Shown here: positions 11,698 through 24,329 of the stretch, one piece after another
Numbering within the stretch: position 1 is the first letter of the stretch
How the letters are laid out: every line of letters starts with the position of its first letter
Assembly: GCA_001179505.1 (NCBI GenBank)
Contig: CDMY01000466.1
Coordinates: 62,001 to 126,000 of the forward strand
Source: Vitrella brassicaformis CCMP3155
Taxonomy: Eukaryota; Protista; Chromerida
Reading direction: 5' to 3'
DNA length: 64,000 nt
Program-made: the position numbers and the translations under genes
The notes under the pieces: generated by a model
Database searches by the model: none
Seen by the model: the letters and a program-made list of their open reading frames with translations, nothing else
Told to the model about the DNA's origin: nothing

Positions 11698-14600
11698 ATG
11701 AGCTCTCCGCCGTTTCATTCGCCCTTCCCCGCAGGCGGGAGCGGCCAGCCAGGTGCCGACCAGCCAGGTGCCGACCAGCCAGGTGCCGACCAGCCCCCCA
11801 CATCATTCGACCCCCGCATGCCATACCCAATCCCATCGGTGGGTGGCCAGCTGCGTCCCCCTGCAAGTGTGGGCTCCTATCACGCCACACGACCAGGCCC
11901 GCGCCTTCCCTCGCTCTTGTACCGCCACCACTCCTACGCGCCACGTGCTCCGTCGGCCCCACGTGTGCAGTTGTCGCATCGGCCGTCGTATCAGCCAGGC
12001 TTCAATGCCGGTAGGGGCGGCGTGGGTGGCGGCTATCCTGCTCGGCCTCGTCTGTACACCCAGCCACCACCCATGGTTCGTCCCACCGGCAGCTCCACTG
12101 ACGGTTCGGGCCCCGGCGTGACTCACTCTGGCGGTGCGGCTACTGGCGTGGGTGTGGGTGCGGGCAGCAGCTCGTACCGATCGTTTTTCCGGCCTGACGG
12201 CATGCCACCGTGGTTACTCCCCCCTCCCGAGTTGTTCGACCAGCACAGCACCGGCCGCAGTGGGGGTGTCAGCCAGGGGTATGGTGCTTCCATATTGGAA
12301 AACCACAACCACACAGCCATGCCGCGTGCACCGACTGTGGTCCGTCCGGCCGCCAGCGTCACGACAGGCCTTCCTCCTGCCATACGCGGTGTCAGTGGCG
12401 TGGGTGCGGGTTCGGGAGTGGGCAGCTATCGGCCCCCTCCTGGCCACTCTCCGTCTGCGAGCAGCATTTTCCCATACCCATCCCACAGCAGCTCTGGCAT
12501 GCAGGCGGCTGGACAGGCGGCGGGACAGCCAATGATCGGCGGCGGGGTGCGTGACCAGGGCAATGGGCCCATAGCCCTGCCGGTGGTGCCGTGGCGATTT
12601 GTGCCGTGGAGTGTCATGACTCCTTCGGGTGTGCAACTCACTCGTACGGATGTTTCTCTGATGGTGGCCAACATTCTGGACAGGACGACCGGCATCCCAC
12701 CCTGGATCAACGTCCGGTGGGACGAACAAAACATACGATTCGTCGCTACCGTGGAGGTCAGCACACACTCGACACCCACACTCACGCAGCAAAAGTGTTC
12801 TCACTATCCGTGTCGTGTATGTGTGTATCCACAGGGTGCTCAGTGTTCCGCTGTGAGTGCGCCGCACAGCTATGACGCCGACGGTCTGCGCGAGGCTCTG
12901 CACCGGTGCTGGAACGACCTCAGGGTGAGGCACCAGCACGAGGCCGCCGCCGCGGCCGAAGACGCTGCCCCAAACGCCTCTGTCGCAGCCGCTGCGGCCC
13001 CAGCGCGGCACCGTGACATGGACGATGCTTTAGACATGGATGTCGACTTTGACGATAGCAGCTCTGGCGTGCAGCCGACGACAGGGGGCGACATACGTGA
13101 GCAGGGCTATGGGCGTGCACCGACCTCTGGTCCAAGCGGCGTCGACAACAGCTTGCTCCTTGGTGGCGTGGCCCGGCCGCTGGGTGGCAGCCCTGCCACT
13201 GGAGGCATGATGAGTCGTGACCAGGACAACCCCCCTGCTGAGCGCCACCACACGAATTCCCCTTCGTCCCGCCCACCCCCTCCTCATCCCCCACCCCCGG
13301 CCTTTGGTTTGTTGGGTCGCTACCGGCCCCCCTCACCTCCCCCGCGGCCCGCTGTACCCCTCTCGGTCAACCCCCAGCACCGCCGGTCCGATCGCCGCAG
13401 GGGTAGCGATACGGATGACTACGAGTTTGAGGACGTGGATGAGGGCTACTTCGACGACCTGGACGACGACTTCAGTGACATCCCCGTCGAGGTGCTGGTG
13501 GAGATGGAACGAGCACTGCAGCGCGTTGCCGCGGGGGGGCCGGCAGCAGCAGCAGCAGCAGCAGCAGAAGCAGCAGCAGCAGTAGCGGCCGCTGCAAGTG
13601 CGAGTGCGAGTGCTAGTGCGAGTGCTGGTGGGGGCAACACGACACCCAACTTCCCTTCTGTGGTATGTTCCAGCCATATGCACACACACACAACAAGTGG
13701 GCACGCGGATATGCACTGGCTTGATGTGCGTTGTCTGTCGATGGATGGATGGATTGTGTGTCGTTTGAAGGATCGCGAGATCAAGGAGCTCATCGAGTCG
13801 CTGCCCGAGGACGAAATACCCTCCTACCTACCCAGATGCCCAATCACACTGGTACCACAACACACACACACACACACACACGGACAGACAGACAGACAGA
13901 CAGACGACGAACTCTCCATGCCTCTCTCTCTGTTTGTGTGTCATTCCTCCCCCAGGACGTCCCGATCATTCCCGTAGTGACGATCCATGAGGGCCAGGTA
14001 AACAGCAAAGGGCAGGCCCCCTCCACCCCCATCTCATAAGACGCCCCCATGTCTTTACCCCAACAGACGGCCACCACCTACGACTGGACCGCGCTCAAGG
14101 AGGTCTTCAACGGCAATGACCCGCCCCTCTCCCCCACCTCCCGCAAACCGCTTCGTGTGGCCCACGACGTGCTCGCCGACCGACAAACTCGCCGCCTCAT
14201 CGAGCAGTTCGGCCACCAGAAGATGGCCGAGCAAGCCATCGGCAGGAAGGTGGCGGCGGGCAAGAGCGTCAAGGGCGTCAAGGGCGCCAAAGCCGCCAAA
14301 GCCAAGAGGGGCAGGGTCAAGAGGCCCCCAAGTCGCAAGAGGGGCAAGGGCCGGCTGCAGATGGACGACGAGGGGGACAGTGAGGGGGATGGTGGGTGGG
14401 ATCCGAGCGTGGAGCTGCCGTCGGACGAAGACGAGCCACACAAGCGGCAGCGGTCGCGACGGAAGAAGCAGGCCAAGAAAGACATGGCCGACGCTGATGG
14501 CGGTGGTCCGATGGATGTGGCTAAGCTCTTTGGTGAAGACGAGGCGTCGCCGAGTCCCAAGCCGGAGCCGCAGACACAGGCAGCAGCAGCAGCAGCTGCT

Positions 14601-15922
14601 GCTGCGGCCGGACATCCTATCGGTGAGAAAAGCAAAGCGCATCCATCCATTCATCCATCTATCTGCTACGAAAGGACACATTGGCACTCCGTATGCACGC
14701 GCATCCCTCCGTGCTCTGCAGGTGTTCCTCTGCTGTATTCGCCCAGTCCCGGCAGACCGTACGCCAGCCTCATTGCCAGCCTCACTGGACAGACATCCCA
14801 CGGCCCGACAGGTGAGTGAACGCGATGACAACACAGGGGACTTTTAGCTTGGTTTGTGTGTGGTGTGTCCCAATTGACCAGAAATGTCGAGTGGTGACGC
14901 CATGGTCGGCGCCGGTGGGTCAGAGGTGGCTGTGACTGGTGGGCGGAAGTCGGCGCGCGCGGGCAGGAAGCGGCGGCGCCGATCTGTCAGTCCGTGTCTT
15001 GAGGAGGGAGATGAGGAGGCGGAGGAGGTGGCGGAGGGGGAAGAAGACGTAGCTCACAGATGCAGCAAAATGGCCGGTGAGTGAGAGCTGGCCAAGGGCG
15101 TCAAGGGTTACGTCCCTACCTACCTGGGTGTGGGGGAGGGTGGGTGTTTCAGTTACCAAGATGACGACAGGGGCGAGCCCACCAGGCCGCGCGAGAGGGA
15201 TGAAGGCGACCAGGAGGGGAAGGCCCGAGGGCGGCAGAGACGGCGGGTTAGATAGTGTAGAGAATGATCTTGGTGTCGGCCTTCCTCCCCACGCACTGCA
15301 GGGCGAGCACCCTGACACAGGTGTGTATCTACACCCACACACACACACACAACATAACACAGGCAGGAGGCAAAGCAGGCGAACCAACAGACGCAACCCA
15401 ATGTGTCCGTCCCTGTCTGTGTCCGTCAGGCTACGGCACGTTAGCCATGCAGCCCGGCGTGTCACCCGACCCGACGCTACTCACAATGGTACATGGTCAT
15501 GGCAAAGATGGGAGGGAGATGCATGCTCGCCGTGTGCGCGCTCAGCTGGCGAGCCCCGAGTCGGCCGATATTGTCGCCAAGCTGACGGAAATCGCCAATC
15601 CACACAAGCGGACACCGTTCACCGCCACACGGGTGGGTAACCACACACGGACACCAGCATCTGGTGGTCTTGGCGGTATGTGTGTGTGTGTGTGGTTGTG
15701 TTGTGTGTGTGTGCAGATTCGTAGGCTGTCCGACTTCTTAGCTTCGTTGCCTGGGGCTCTGCGCGCGGGGATAGTGAATTGGGTGCACCAGTGGAATGGC
15801 ATACCAAGCGATTCCCTGCTCCTGACTGTTGGACTCACCGGCAGCGAAATGCGCAAGCCACTGGTGCAGCTGCTCCAGGTAACCATCACACCACACGCAG
15901 ACACAACACACAGACACGTGCA

Positions 15923-15953
<31 letters not shown>

Positions 15954-16024
15954 AGGCTGTCGAGGATTGGGGCAAGGAGGCGGCGTCTGCAGACACCAAG
16001 GCGGCTGATGACGGGCCGACATGA
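11698..16024 (+). CDS. U-box E3 ubiquitin ligase with long Pro/Gly-rich disordered regions
   Basis: Spliced exons at 13771-14210 give IPSYLPRCPITL|DVPIIPVVTIHEGQ|TATTYDWTALKEVFNGNDPPLSPTSRKPL...TRRLIEQF, which matches the U-box consensus. Downstream exons run to TGA at 16022-16024. Confidence 0.75.
11746..11790 (+). repeat. 3 x 15-bp perfect tandem repeat (CAGCCAGGTGCCGAC; QPGAD)
   Basis: Read directly from the sequence. Confidence 0.95.
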
Positions 16025-17238
16025 CTCTCAAGACATACACACAGACATCTACACGAGACGGGGGCAGGGGAGAGAGGGGTCGCATCCATCGCATTCGTTT
16101 GTAGTCTGAGGGCGGGAGCTGCAGCTTGTTCCCAAAAGGTGTTTTTCGAGGGTAGACGGTCGATTCTGCATGGCTTCATGGAGTCAAAGGAGATGGCCGG
16201 CTGAGTGGATGTTTGTGTGTGATTCGTTCGGGTGACCGTCTTGACTGAAGATAAGAGTGTGGTTGGGTGTCTTGTTTGATCCTTTCCTGTCTTCGTGTTG
16301 CCTGTCATAATCTCCCCTGCACAGTGTTCACTGTCGCTGTGTAGGGCAGATGGCGACGGGCGGGCCGAAGACAACAAGGCGCGAACAAGACCCGGCACAC
16401 TCAGTGACTGATACAAGTGGATGGATGGATGGATGCGTTTGTCTTTCGATCTGTCTGGCTGTCTGTGTGAGAGAATTTGTGCATTGTGTGGCTGTGATGA
16501 CCTTAGGCCTTCTTTCTCTCTCTCTCCGCGTGCATCCGACGACACCCATGCCTGTGTGTATCCCTTGTGTGTGTGAGTTTAATGCCTTTATCGACACACA
16601 CACCCGTCCAGACGTCAGTCACACCAGTTAGCTCTTTCAGTGACGCATGCCAGCGAGTCTCGCGCCACACACACCGTGCAGTGCACTTGTTGTTGGTGAT
16701 GCATGTGAGCTTCATGTCTGTCTGGTCTCTCTCATCACCCACCCCTGCTACGACCAGACCGACGCAAACACACACACACACATGCAGCCAAGCACACGCA
16801 CACCTATGAAGCCTATTCACTTGCGGCGTTAGCACAGTCACCGCCCAACGAAAGAACAGAAAGGAAATGACCGATGGCGATGAAATGACTGACCATTCAT
16901 CCATTCCGTGGGATGGCAATGATGCACACGAGTCTTGCCGCAATGACTGACGCAGCTCTCCATGCATCAGCTGCTATACATCGGGGTCCGAATCACGCGA
17001 ACCGGACCTGAGAGTCAGTCATTCCACACACACACACACACAGACACTCAGACACATACCTGGGAAGCCTCTTCAGCGGCATTATTGTAGCACACTCACC
17101 TCCCCGCGGTCGCAGCACCAGCACCCTCACGACAAACGGGTTTGCTTCCGACTTGCCCCTGCACACACCATTGACACACACCCATACACACCGTCGCTCC
17201 AGCCGTCGCTGTGTGAGAGGTCGACCTCCTGCGCGCAC

Positions 17239-17794
17239 TTACGTGTCGCCGAACACATTCTCGATGTCCCCCTCGTCGTCAGCGGCCTCAAAGCCAACGA
17301 TCTCGATGTCAGATGGCACTCCGGTGCCCGACAGAAACAGCTTGAGGTGGCGGACGCACTGGAAGGGGCGGTAGAACTTGTACTTGGACACGCTGGTCTT
17401 CATGACGAATGGCGAGTCATCGTACCTGATGTATCGCTGATCTTCCGGCTTCAGCGGGACAGGGTGCAAGGGCGGTCCCCACACCTCTATCCATTTTGCT
17501 TCTTCCACAGAAGTTTTGTACATGTGTCTTTCCTCCTCTGTCGACATCCTCCCTGTGTCGTCGTTGCTGCGGTCAGGCAGAGGAGAAGGGACGGAGAGGG
17601 AAGGTCAGCAGCTGGTTGTTTTGTCGCTACCGTCAAACTGAACTTTGCGACACAGATGCTCTTGGCTGCAGAGAGGTGCCACATCACCGCTTTCAGCTAC
17701 GAACGTCCTTTGTCCCCACACACCGCATCCGTATCCACAGCATGTACGTCAGCAGCAGCGCATCAACCAAACCTGGTCTCTTCGAGACGCGCAT
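17239..17794 (-). CDS. Small protein with a possible PITH-like C-terminus; 5' exons uncertain
   Basis: The last exon reads ...KYKFYRPFQCVRHLKLFLSGTGVPSDIEIVGFE..., which weakly resembles the PITH C-terminal strands (kFqnV.sL.if). The start is a guess. Confidence 0.35.
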
Positions 17795-17921
17795 GCGGCA
17801 CCAACGAACAAATGGCGCCCAAAAAACACACACTCCCTCCCTCTCTCATTTGAATAAACAACACACGCGCACAGACGGACCGACGGACACCACACTAGTG
17901 CTCACACGGCCCCTCCCCCAT

Positions 17922-20085
17922 TCACGTGTGGCCTTCGATGAGGCTGTCGAGGACCTCCTTGGCCAGCTGCAGCTTCACTGGATCAACCGTACGCAGAACC
18001 AGTGCATCATCTGCACACACACACACACAAGGACACAAAGTCAGCACATGACATCCCTGCTTGAAGGGCCACCATCACCCCTCGTGTGGGCATCGCACCC
18101 GCCGCACCTGATTCCTTCTCGAACCCCACGGATCTCAGGACGTCCTCAAACCCAGGCAGAGAGAAGACCTTCTCACTCAACACACGGTTGCTCCGCCGCA
18201 GCCTCCTGTACTTGTCGTCGTAGGGGCTCTGCTGCACGTTGCTGATGAGCTTTCGCAGCAACACCCACCCCTCCCGCATGACGCCCTCCAGACCCCCACT
18301 CCGCCCCTGTAGCACCAGCCGCTGCCGCAGGGTCTCCACATACTTCTGCGTGGCGTCGGCGATTCTTTGGAGCTCGTCGCTCTCGACAGGCATGGCGATT
18401 GGGCTGGTGTCGCCCTCATGCATGTCCTGGTCGGCCTCCTGCGGAGCGGCCGGGGACTCGACTGTCCCCTCCTGCTGAGTTTCGATCACGGTGTCGCCGC
18501 CCTTGTCTGCTCTGTCTTCGTGGCTGTGAGCCTGGTGGTCGTCACAGCAGATCAGAGGCTGGTGTTCGTCGGCCATCTCGGGTGTGGTGGGTGGGATGGG
18601 GGAGGTCGGCTGGGGCTGGTGTCTTCTCTCGGCGGCTTGTGCGGCGACCTCACGAAGGCTGAGGGGATCTGTGGGGGCGGGGTGAGCGCCTCCCAGTGTT
18701 GCCGTGAAGGACCAGTTGTCTTGAGGCTCGGCAGGGCCGCTCTCAGCCATGTTGAGAGTCCCCATTTCGCTCATGCCTACAGCACATTCACACCAACGAA
18801 CGAGTGCATCGCACTGTCGGTCCGGGTCGTGTGGGTCCGTCCGTACCTGTGGTCCTTCCCGCGCTCTTGAACTGGTTGGTGACCTGCATGTAGTGCGCCC
18901 GCAGCTCGCTCATCAAGTTGTAAAAGTCTGAACCGACAACACATCACACAATGGTGCGTGTGAGGCTCTGGTCTGGTCTGTTATGAGTTGTACCTCTGTT
19001 GTGTGGACCGATGCGGTTGTGTGTGAGCTCGTGCAGTAGAGTGTTCAGGATCCTGCACACACCAAGACGATGAGGCCCGTCATGGCTTCATCACGACATG
19101 GACGTGCGGTGCAGTGGGTGTGTGGGTGTCGCTTACACTTCGTATTTCCTGAACCCCTTGAGGTCGTCAGTGCGCAGACGGAGATGAATCTTCTGACCTC
19201 TGACGTAAGCAGGCACACCCACAGCACAGCCACACACACAGACAAGGATGAGATGAGGTGCAACCAGCCCTCAGCTCAGCTCAGCTCAGCTGCCCGTCCG
19301 TCCCTCCCTGATACCTGCCCTCGTTGAGCCCGAGTATACACACGGGATCTTCCCCCACCTTGCCCTCAGGCGGCATCTCACACAGCACCCCCACCGTCCA
19401 CTGGTACTCTCGCATGATGCTCACTATCCCGGGGTCAGTCGCCAGCCGCTGCAGCAGCCTCAAAGCCTCTGACTGGGGCGGGTGGCTGAGCTGTGGCAGC
19501 ACCTCCAGCCTCTCGAAGCGGTAGGTGCTGTCCTGCTGGGGGGCTTTGGTGAGGGAGGCCACCGACACCTCGTACTTCCGCCGAGGGCCCTTGTCGAACC
19601 CTCTGGGGAAGAGCGCACACACAGACAGGCAGGCAGATCAATGCTGGGGTGTAGCTAAGGGTCTGTCGCGGTCAGCCAGTGTGCGCGCACCTGCGCAGTG
19701 GGTCGCTCTTGGAGTTCTGCACCAGGATGATCTCCTCCTCGCGGCTGGCTACCACAAGCACCTTGCTCCTCTCCTGACAACACACACACACACACACACA
19801 AACAGATCACCGATGCTGTCTTCGTGCCTCCATCGTCCTCCTGTGTGTGCCTACGTCGATTCCCGCGTCCTTGATGGTGTCTTCAGCCTTCAGCTGTTTC
19901 CCCTTGACGAACAGGCGGATGTGCTGCTGCTTGAAGGCAAACATGGCAGCGATGAAGTCGAACAGCTGGTCGCACGCCTCATTCGGGTCAACGGGCACAC
20001 AATAGCCCTCCTTCTTGTACGTCACCACCACGTCCACCAACTCCGGACCGCTCCGGTCGACGGACGCTTCCTCCTCTGTCATCAT
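17922..20085 (-). CDS. WSS1: Ubiquitin-like + WLM metalloprotease + PUB domain protein (Wss1-type DNA-protein crosslink protease)
   Basis: N-terminal UBL (QHIRLFVKGKQLKAEDTIKDAGI). WLM motifs include LLQRLATDPGIVSIMREYQWTVGVLCEM, ILGLN and an intact zincin LLHELTHN (19021-19039). The C-terminal PUB reads LLRKLISNVQQSPYDDKYRRLRRSNRVLSEKV. Confidence 0.88.
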
Positions 20086-20681
20086 TACACTCACTTGGCG
20101 ATGCGCGCGGGACGATGCAATCCCGCCTCAATCTTCCTCCGCCTGGCTGTTTTTTGCGAGCTTTGCTGCTTGAAATTGTGTTACGTACTTTAATTTCGTA
20201 CAGCTCCGGCGTTTGCTGACCACCGACAGCTTTCGCGCAGCCACGAGGGAGAGAGGGGCCCATCATTCCTTCGACCAGCCATTTCCGCCCTCTGCTGCCA
20301 CACGGCGCTCTCCGTCCTGCCACGTCCTCGGCTCTCCCCTTCTCTGACACTATGAGGACGTCACATCAGATGGCGCTTGTTCGGTGACACAGGGGCCCGA
20401 GCAGGCACCCGCGGCCCTTCCCTTACGTCACCGAGGGGAGAGAAGCGCCTTCTGTCCCTCTTTGTCCTTCTGTAACGCTGCCCGGGCGGCCCTTGTCTGG
20501 CTTTTTTCGGTGTTTCGGTGCGGTTTTCCTGCCTGCTGACGCCTGCATCGCTCAGGTGGGTCACTGCTGGGGCGAAAAGCCGCTAGAAAAGCACTTTTCT
20601 GATGTGTGGCGTTGTTTGTTCTCTCCTCGCTTCTTCCACTCAGGGATGTGTGTGGGGTGCCCGTCTGCCAGTGGTCTGTAG

Positions 20682-20939
20682 ATGGTCGGCCTGTGCATCG
20701 TGCTGACCTGCTTCGCCCTGACGTTTCTGCTGCTGTGGTGTCGATACTGCCTCTTCCCCAACAACACCTACCTCAAACCAGTGCCTCTCGTCACCCCGCC
20801 CACACCCAACACGCCCGCACTCTCCATCTCGCTCGGCAACAGCCTCCAGCCAGCTGCAGCGTCCGACCTCCGCCGATCTGTGTCGCCGTCCGGCTTGTTT
20901 TGGTCCGCTTCGACAGCTGCCGAGGAGGGAGCCGTGTGA
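20682..20939 (+). CDS. Possible small membrane-anchored protein or uORF (85 aa)
   Basis: ATG-initiated ORF with a hydrophobic N-terminus (MVGLCIVLTCFALTFLLLW), lying just upstream of the CCCH gene. No homology recognised. Confidence 0.25.
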   Translation: MVGLCIVLTCFALTFLLLWCRYCLFPNNTYLKPVPLVTPPTPNTPALSISLGNSLQPAAASDLRRSVSPSGLFWSASTAAEEGAV

Positions 20940-21011
20940 TGCTGCCGGGCATCTAGGATTGGCTCTCTGTGCACACGAGGTGGAGTAAGAGAGAGAGAGA
21001 GAGAGAGAGCC

Positions 21012-24000
21012 ATGAAGCCATCCGGAACAGCAGCAAGGACAGACAAGCAAACGAGCAACAGCAATAGCAATGAGGGTGTGAAGAGGGACGACAGGCCTCA
21101 TGTGGAGGGCGACAAGGCGAGGGAGAGGGGACCACACACCAGCCACAGCAACCACACCCAGCAGCAGCAGCAGCCGCCGCCGGCTAAGGGCCACCCACCC
21201 CCTGTTGCTGCTACAGTCCCCGAGAGCATCTCTTCCGTCCCTCTGCCGCCGTCCATCCCGCCCCCGCCCCCTCCTTGCCCCCCCTACGCCTATCTGACGC
21301 ACCACCAAATCAACCTTCATCCTCACCCACACCCTCACCCTCCCCCACCGATGCCGGGATCCATGGACGCACCCTTCACTCATATGGTCAACGGCGCAGG
21401 GCTGCCATTCCCCATGAGCATGCCTTTCCCCTTCCCCCTCCCGCCGCCGCCAACACCCGACATGATGATGGAGAGAAGGAAAGACGACAGAGAGAGGAAG
21501 AGGGGGCCAGCCGGTCTGGGGCTGAGGGTCGACACCGCGGCCGCGAGGAAGGCGTCGCTCGCGTCAGTGGTGCCGGAGAGGCTGTCGTCGCCTCTGTCGA
21601 GCAGCCCCAGCCCTCCCTTTCGCAACACCTTTGTGGACATCCCCATCGACTACGACAGCGACGGCGACGATTCGTCCCTCAGGGAGCCCATGACCGCCCC
21701 ACCCCCGATCAGCACCATGGCCTCCACCAGCTGGTCGACCTCGTCCTCATCTCAGTCGTCGCTGCGGCTGTCCTTCGCCCCCCGCCCGCCGACCCAGATC
21801 CCCTCGCCGTTCCGGCACATCAGCCGGCAGACGACGCGCACCCCCGCCGCCAAGCGGAGTGCGTCGCTGCCAGAGGTCGATGGGTCGACGTGTGACGCGG
21901 TGCAGAGGCAGTTTGTGGCGGCGTATTTCAAGCCCCCGCACGTCAGCGTGGGCAACGTCAAGGGCAGCAGATCGCGGCTGCCATCCCTCGACGCCAAGGA
22001 GGGGGTCAGTGTCCGTGAGGGCGACACGAGGATGGCCATGGGTGTGGCGAGGCACACGTCGATGCCCAACCTGCCCATGCCGATGGAGGGCATGTCCCCG
22101 ATGCCCCCGCAGTGGGCGCCCTTCGGTCCGCCTGTTGGTGCGATGCCGATGCCGCCCTTCCCTCTGCCGTTCTCAGCCATGGGTATGATGGGCGCCGGCC
22201 GGCCGATGGGCCCCCAGGACGGCGGGGCGTTCGGCCCTTTGCCGTTTCCCTTTGGGTTTGGGATGCCCCTGCCCTTCCCTTTCAATGTCAATATCCCCAT
22301 ACCGATGAGCATGCCGCCGTCACCCATGCCACCCATGCCCGTGGACACACAACAGCACACGGAGAGGAAGAGTGACAAGAGGGACGGTGGTGGTGGTGGT
22401 GGTGGTGGGGTGGTCCCTCCGCCGCCGATGGTATCCCCATCTCTGTCAGCCCCCCTGCCGCCCATCCCGCCGCCGCCCTCACACGTGCCCAAGCAGCCAC
22501 AGCCGCGGCACAAGGAGGAGAGGGAGGTGGTCAGCCCGCCACCGCTCCCACTCGCCGCCCGCAAGAGTGTGGCGGCCGAGGAGGGGCACATCAAGCAGTC
22601 GCCATCATCCAACAAGCGTGAGGATGCGGCCATGGGGAGGGGGAAGGAGAGGGACGCCGACACAAGACACGGACACGACAGCGAGGGAGGGAGCAGCAAG
22701 ATGACCACATTGCGGGCGCACCACCAGCACCAACATCACCACACCATCCCCTCCAAGACCCTCCGTCTCTCATCCGGCCGCCTGGATGAGCCCCCCAACG
22801 GCGGCATGGCCCACCCCATCACGCCCACAGGCGCACCCTTCACCCCGTCCACCGCCTCGCCATCGAGCGACGTCACCTACCGCCTCTCCTCTTCAGGCAC
22901 CACACCCACCGGCACCGAGGGCGGCGAGACCACCGCCCGCTCATCGGCTGGGGGCTGGGAGGGGGGGCGTAGTCCGTCGGACAACAGCAATGGCAATGGC
23001 AATGCGTTTTGGTATCCGCCGTCGAGGGGCAAGAGTTTGACCACAGTTGGGGAGCATGAAGTGATGCGCGATGGGGGCGAGGGTGAGGAAGGCAGCGGGG
23101 TGGCGGGGGGTGACGGGCAGCTGGGTGCTTACGCCGATATGGACAGGGAACTGCTGCAGCAGCAGCAGGACAATGACGACGAGAGAAACAGCGTCAGGAT
23201 ACTCACTGGTACTACTGATGGATGGATGGATGGATCCCCGCACACACACACACAGACAAATCGATGCGTTATCGTTTGTGTCTTTATCTGGCTGGGCTGC
23301 AGATGAGTTGTTGACCCAGATCCCCCGTGACGAGGATGGGAATCTGTTGTCCGTGGGATCCATCGCCCACGCCAAGGGCAACTGCAAGCCGTGTGTGTTC
23401 GCGCACAAGAAGGGCTGCCGCAACGGCATCAGGTGCCTCTTCTGCCACTACCCCCACGCCCCCAAGAAGCGCAGCACCACCAAACACACCCATCCCCACG
23501 CACACCACTCCATCAACTCAGCAGCCAGAAGCGGACTGGCAGCCCTCAAGGCCGGCGGACTGGGCGTGGGCGTGGGTGTCGACACCGAGACGCCCCCCTC
23601 CAAGCCTTCCACCCCATACCCGCGCCCCTTCGCGCTATCGCGGCCTTGCCCCCTCACCCCATCATCTTGCCGAGTGGATCGGTCGCTGTCGTCGCCACTG
23701 CCGGACCCCTCGACCATCAAGCAAATGAAGACAGCCCTAGATGGTGGGCCACACACGCCCTCGTCCGCGCCCCCATTCACTGGCGGCCCGTCCCTGCCGA
23801 TCATCACGACACACGCCCACCACCTGCACCACGGCCATGGGCACGGACACGGCCATGGCCACGGTGATGGTGGCAAGGCGGCGTTCTTGCAGGGGTTCCC
23901 GGTGGGTGGGGGTGGTGGGAGCGGGAAGGGCAAGGAGGGCCAGTATGGCATGATTTCGCCTCTGTACGAGACACCCCACCACTCGTCGTATCGATACGCC

Positions 24001-24322
24001 CACATGCCGCAGCCGTACCATGTGACGGTGAGCAAGCGACAGAGCGAGAAGAGGACTGTGATGCACTCTGTGTGTTTGTGTTTGTGTGTGTGTGTTTGTG
24101 TTTGTGTTTGTGTGTGTGTGCAGAAGGAAGCGCAGCGTCCTCCGTCACCTGAACGGTCAGGCTATCCACCGAAACGCATCGCTTCACAGGTGGGTGAACA
24201 CACACACACACCCGACACAGGTGGTCTCGATGAATGATACCAGCGTGTTTCTGGCTTTCGTGTGCCTCGATCCGATCTGCTGCAGCCTTTCTAGCCACCT
24301 GACTGCCTCCCTATGTGTGTGA
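21012..24322 (+). CDS. Proline-rich protein with an alveolate-type CCCH zinc finger (probable RNA-binding); 3' end uncertain
   Basis: A large first exon from ATG 21012 is followed, after the intron ending at 23301, by GSIAHAKGNCKPCVFAHKKGCRNGIRCLFCHYPH (~23355-23457). Confidence 0.75.
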
Positions 24323-24329
24323 GGCGGCA

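Noticed and set aside
16100-17000. Several 80-220-aa ORFs between the U-box and PITH-like genes
   Set aside because: They are dominated by CA/GATG microsatellite translations with no domain and no coherent splice chain. Probably UTR or intergenic DNA.
20640-23429. Long minus-strand ORFs (247-318 aa) opposite the CCCH gene; similar ones at 5120-5770, 12214-13011, 43914-44840 and 54822-55394
   Set aside because: They are antisense or alternate-frame ORFs caused by high GC content (few stop codons) over real exons on the other strand or frame.
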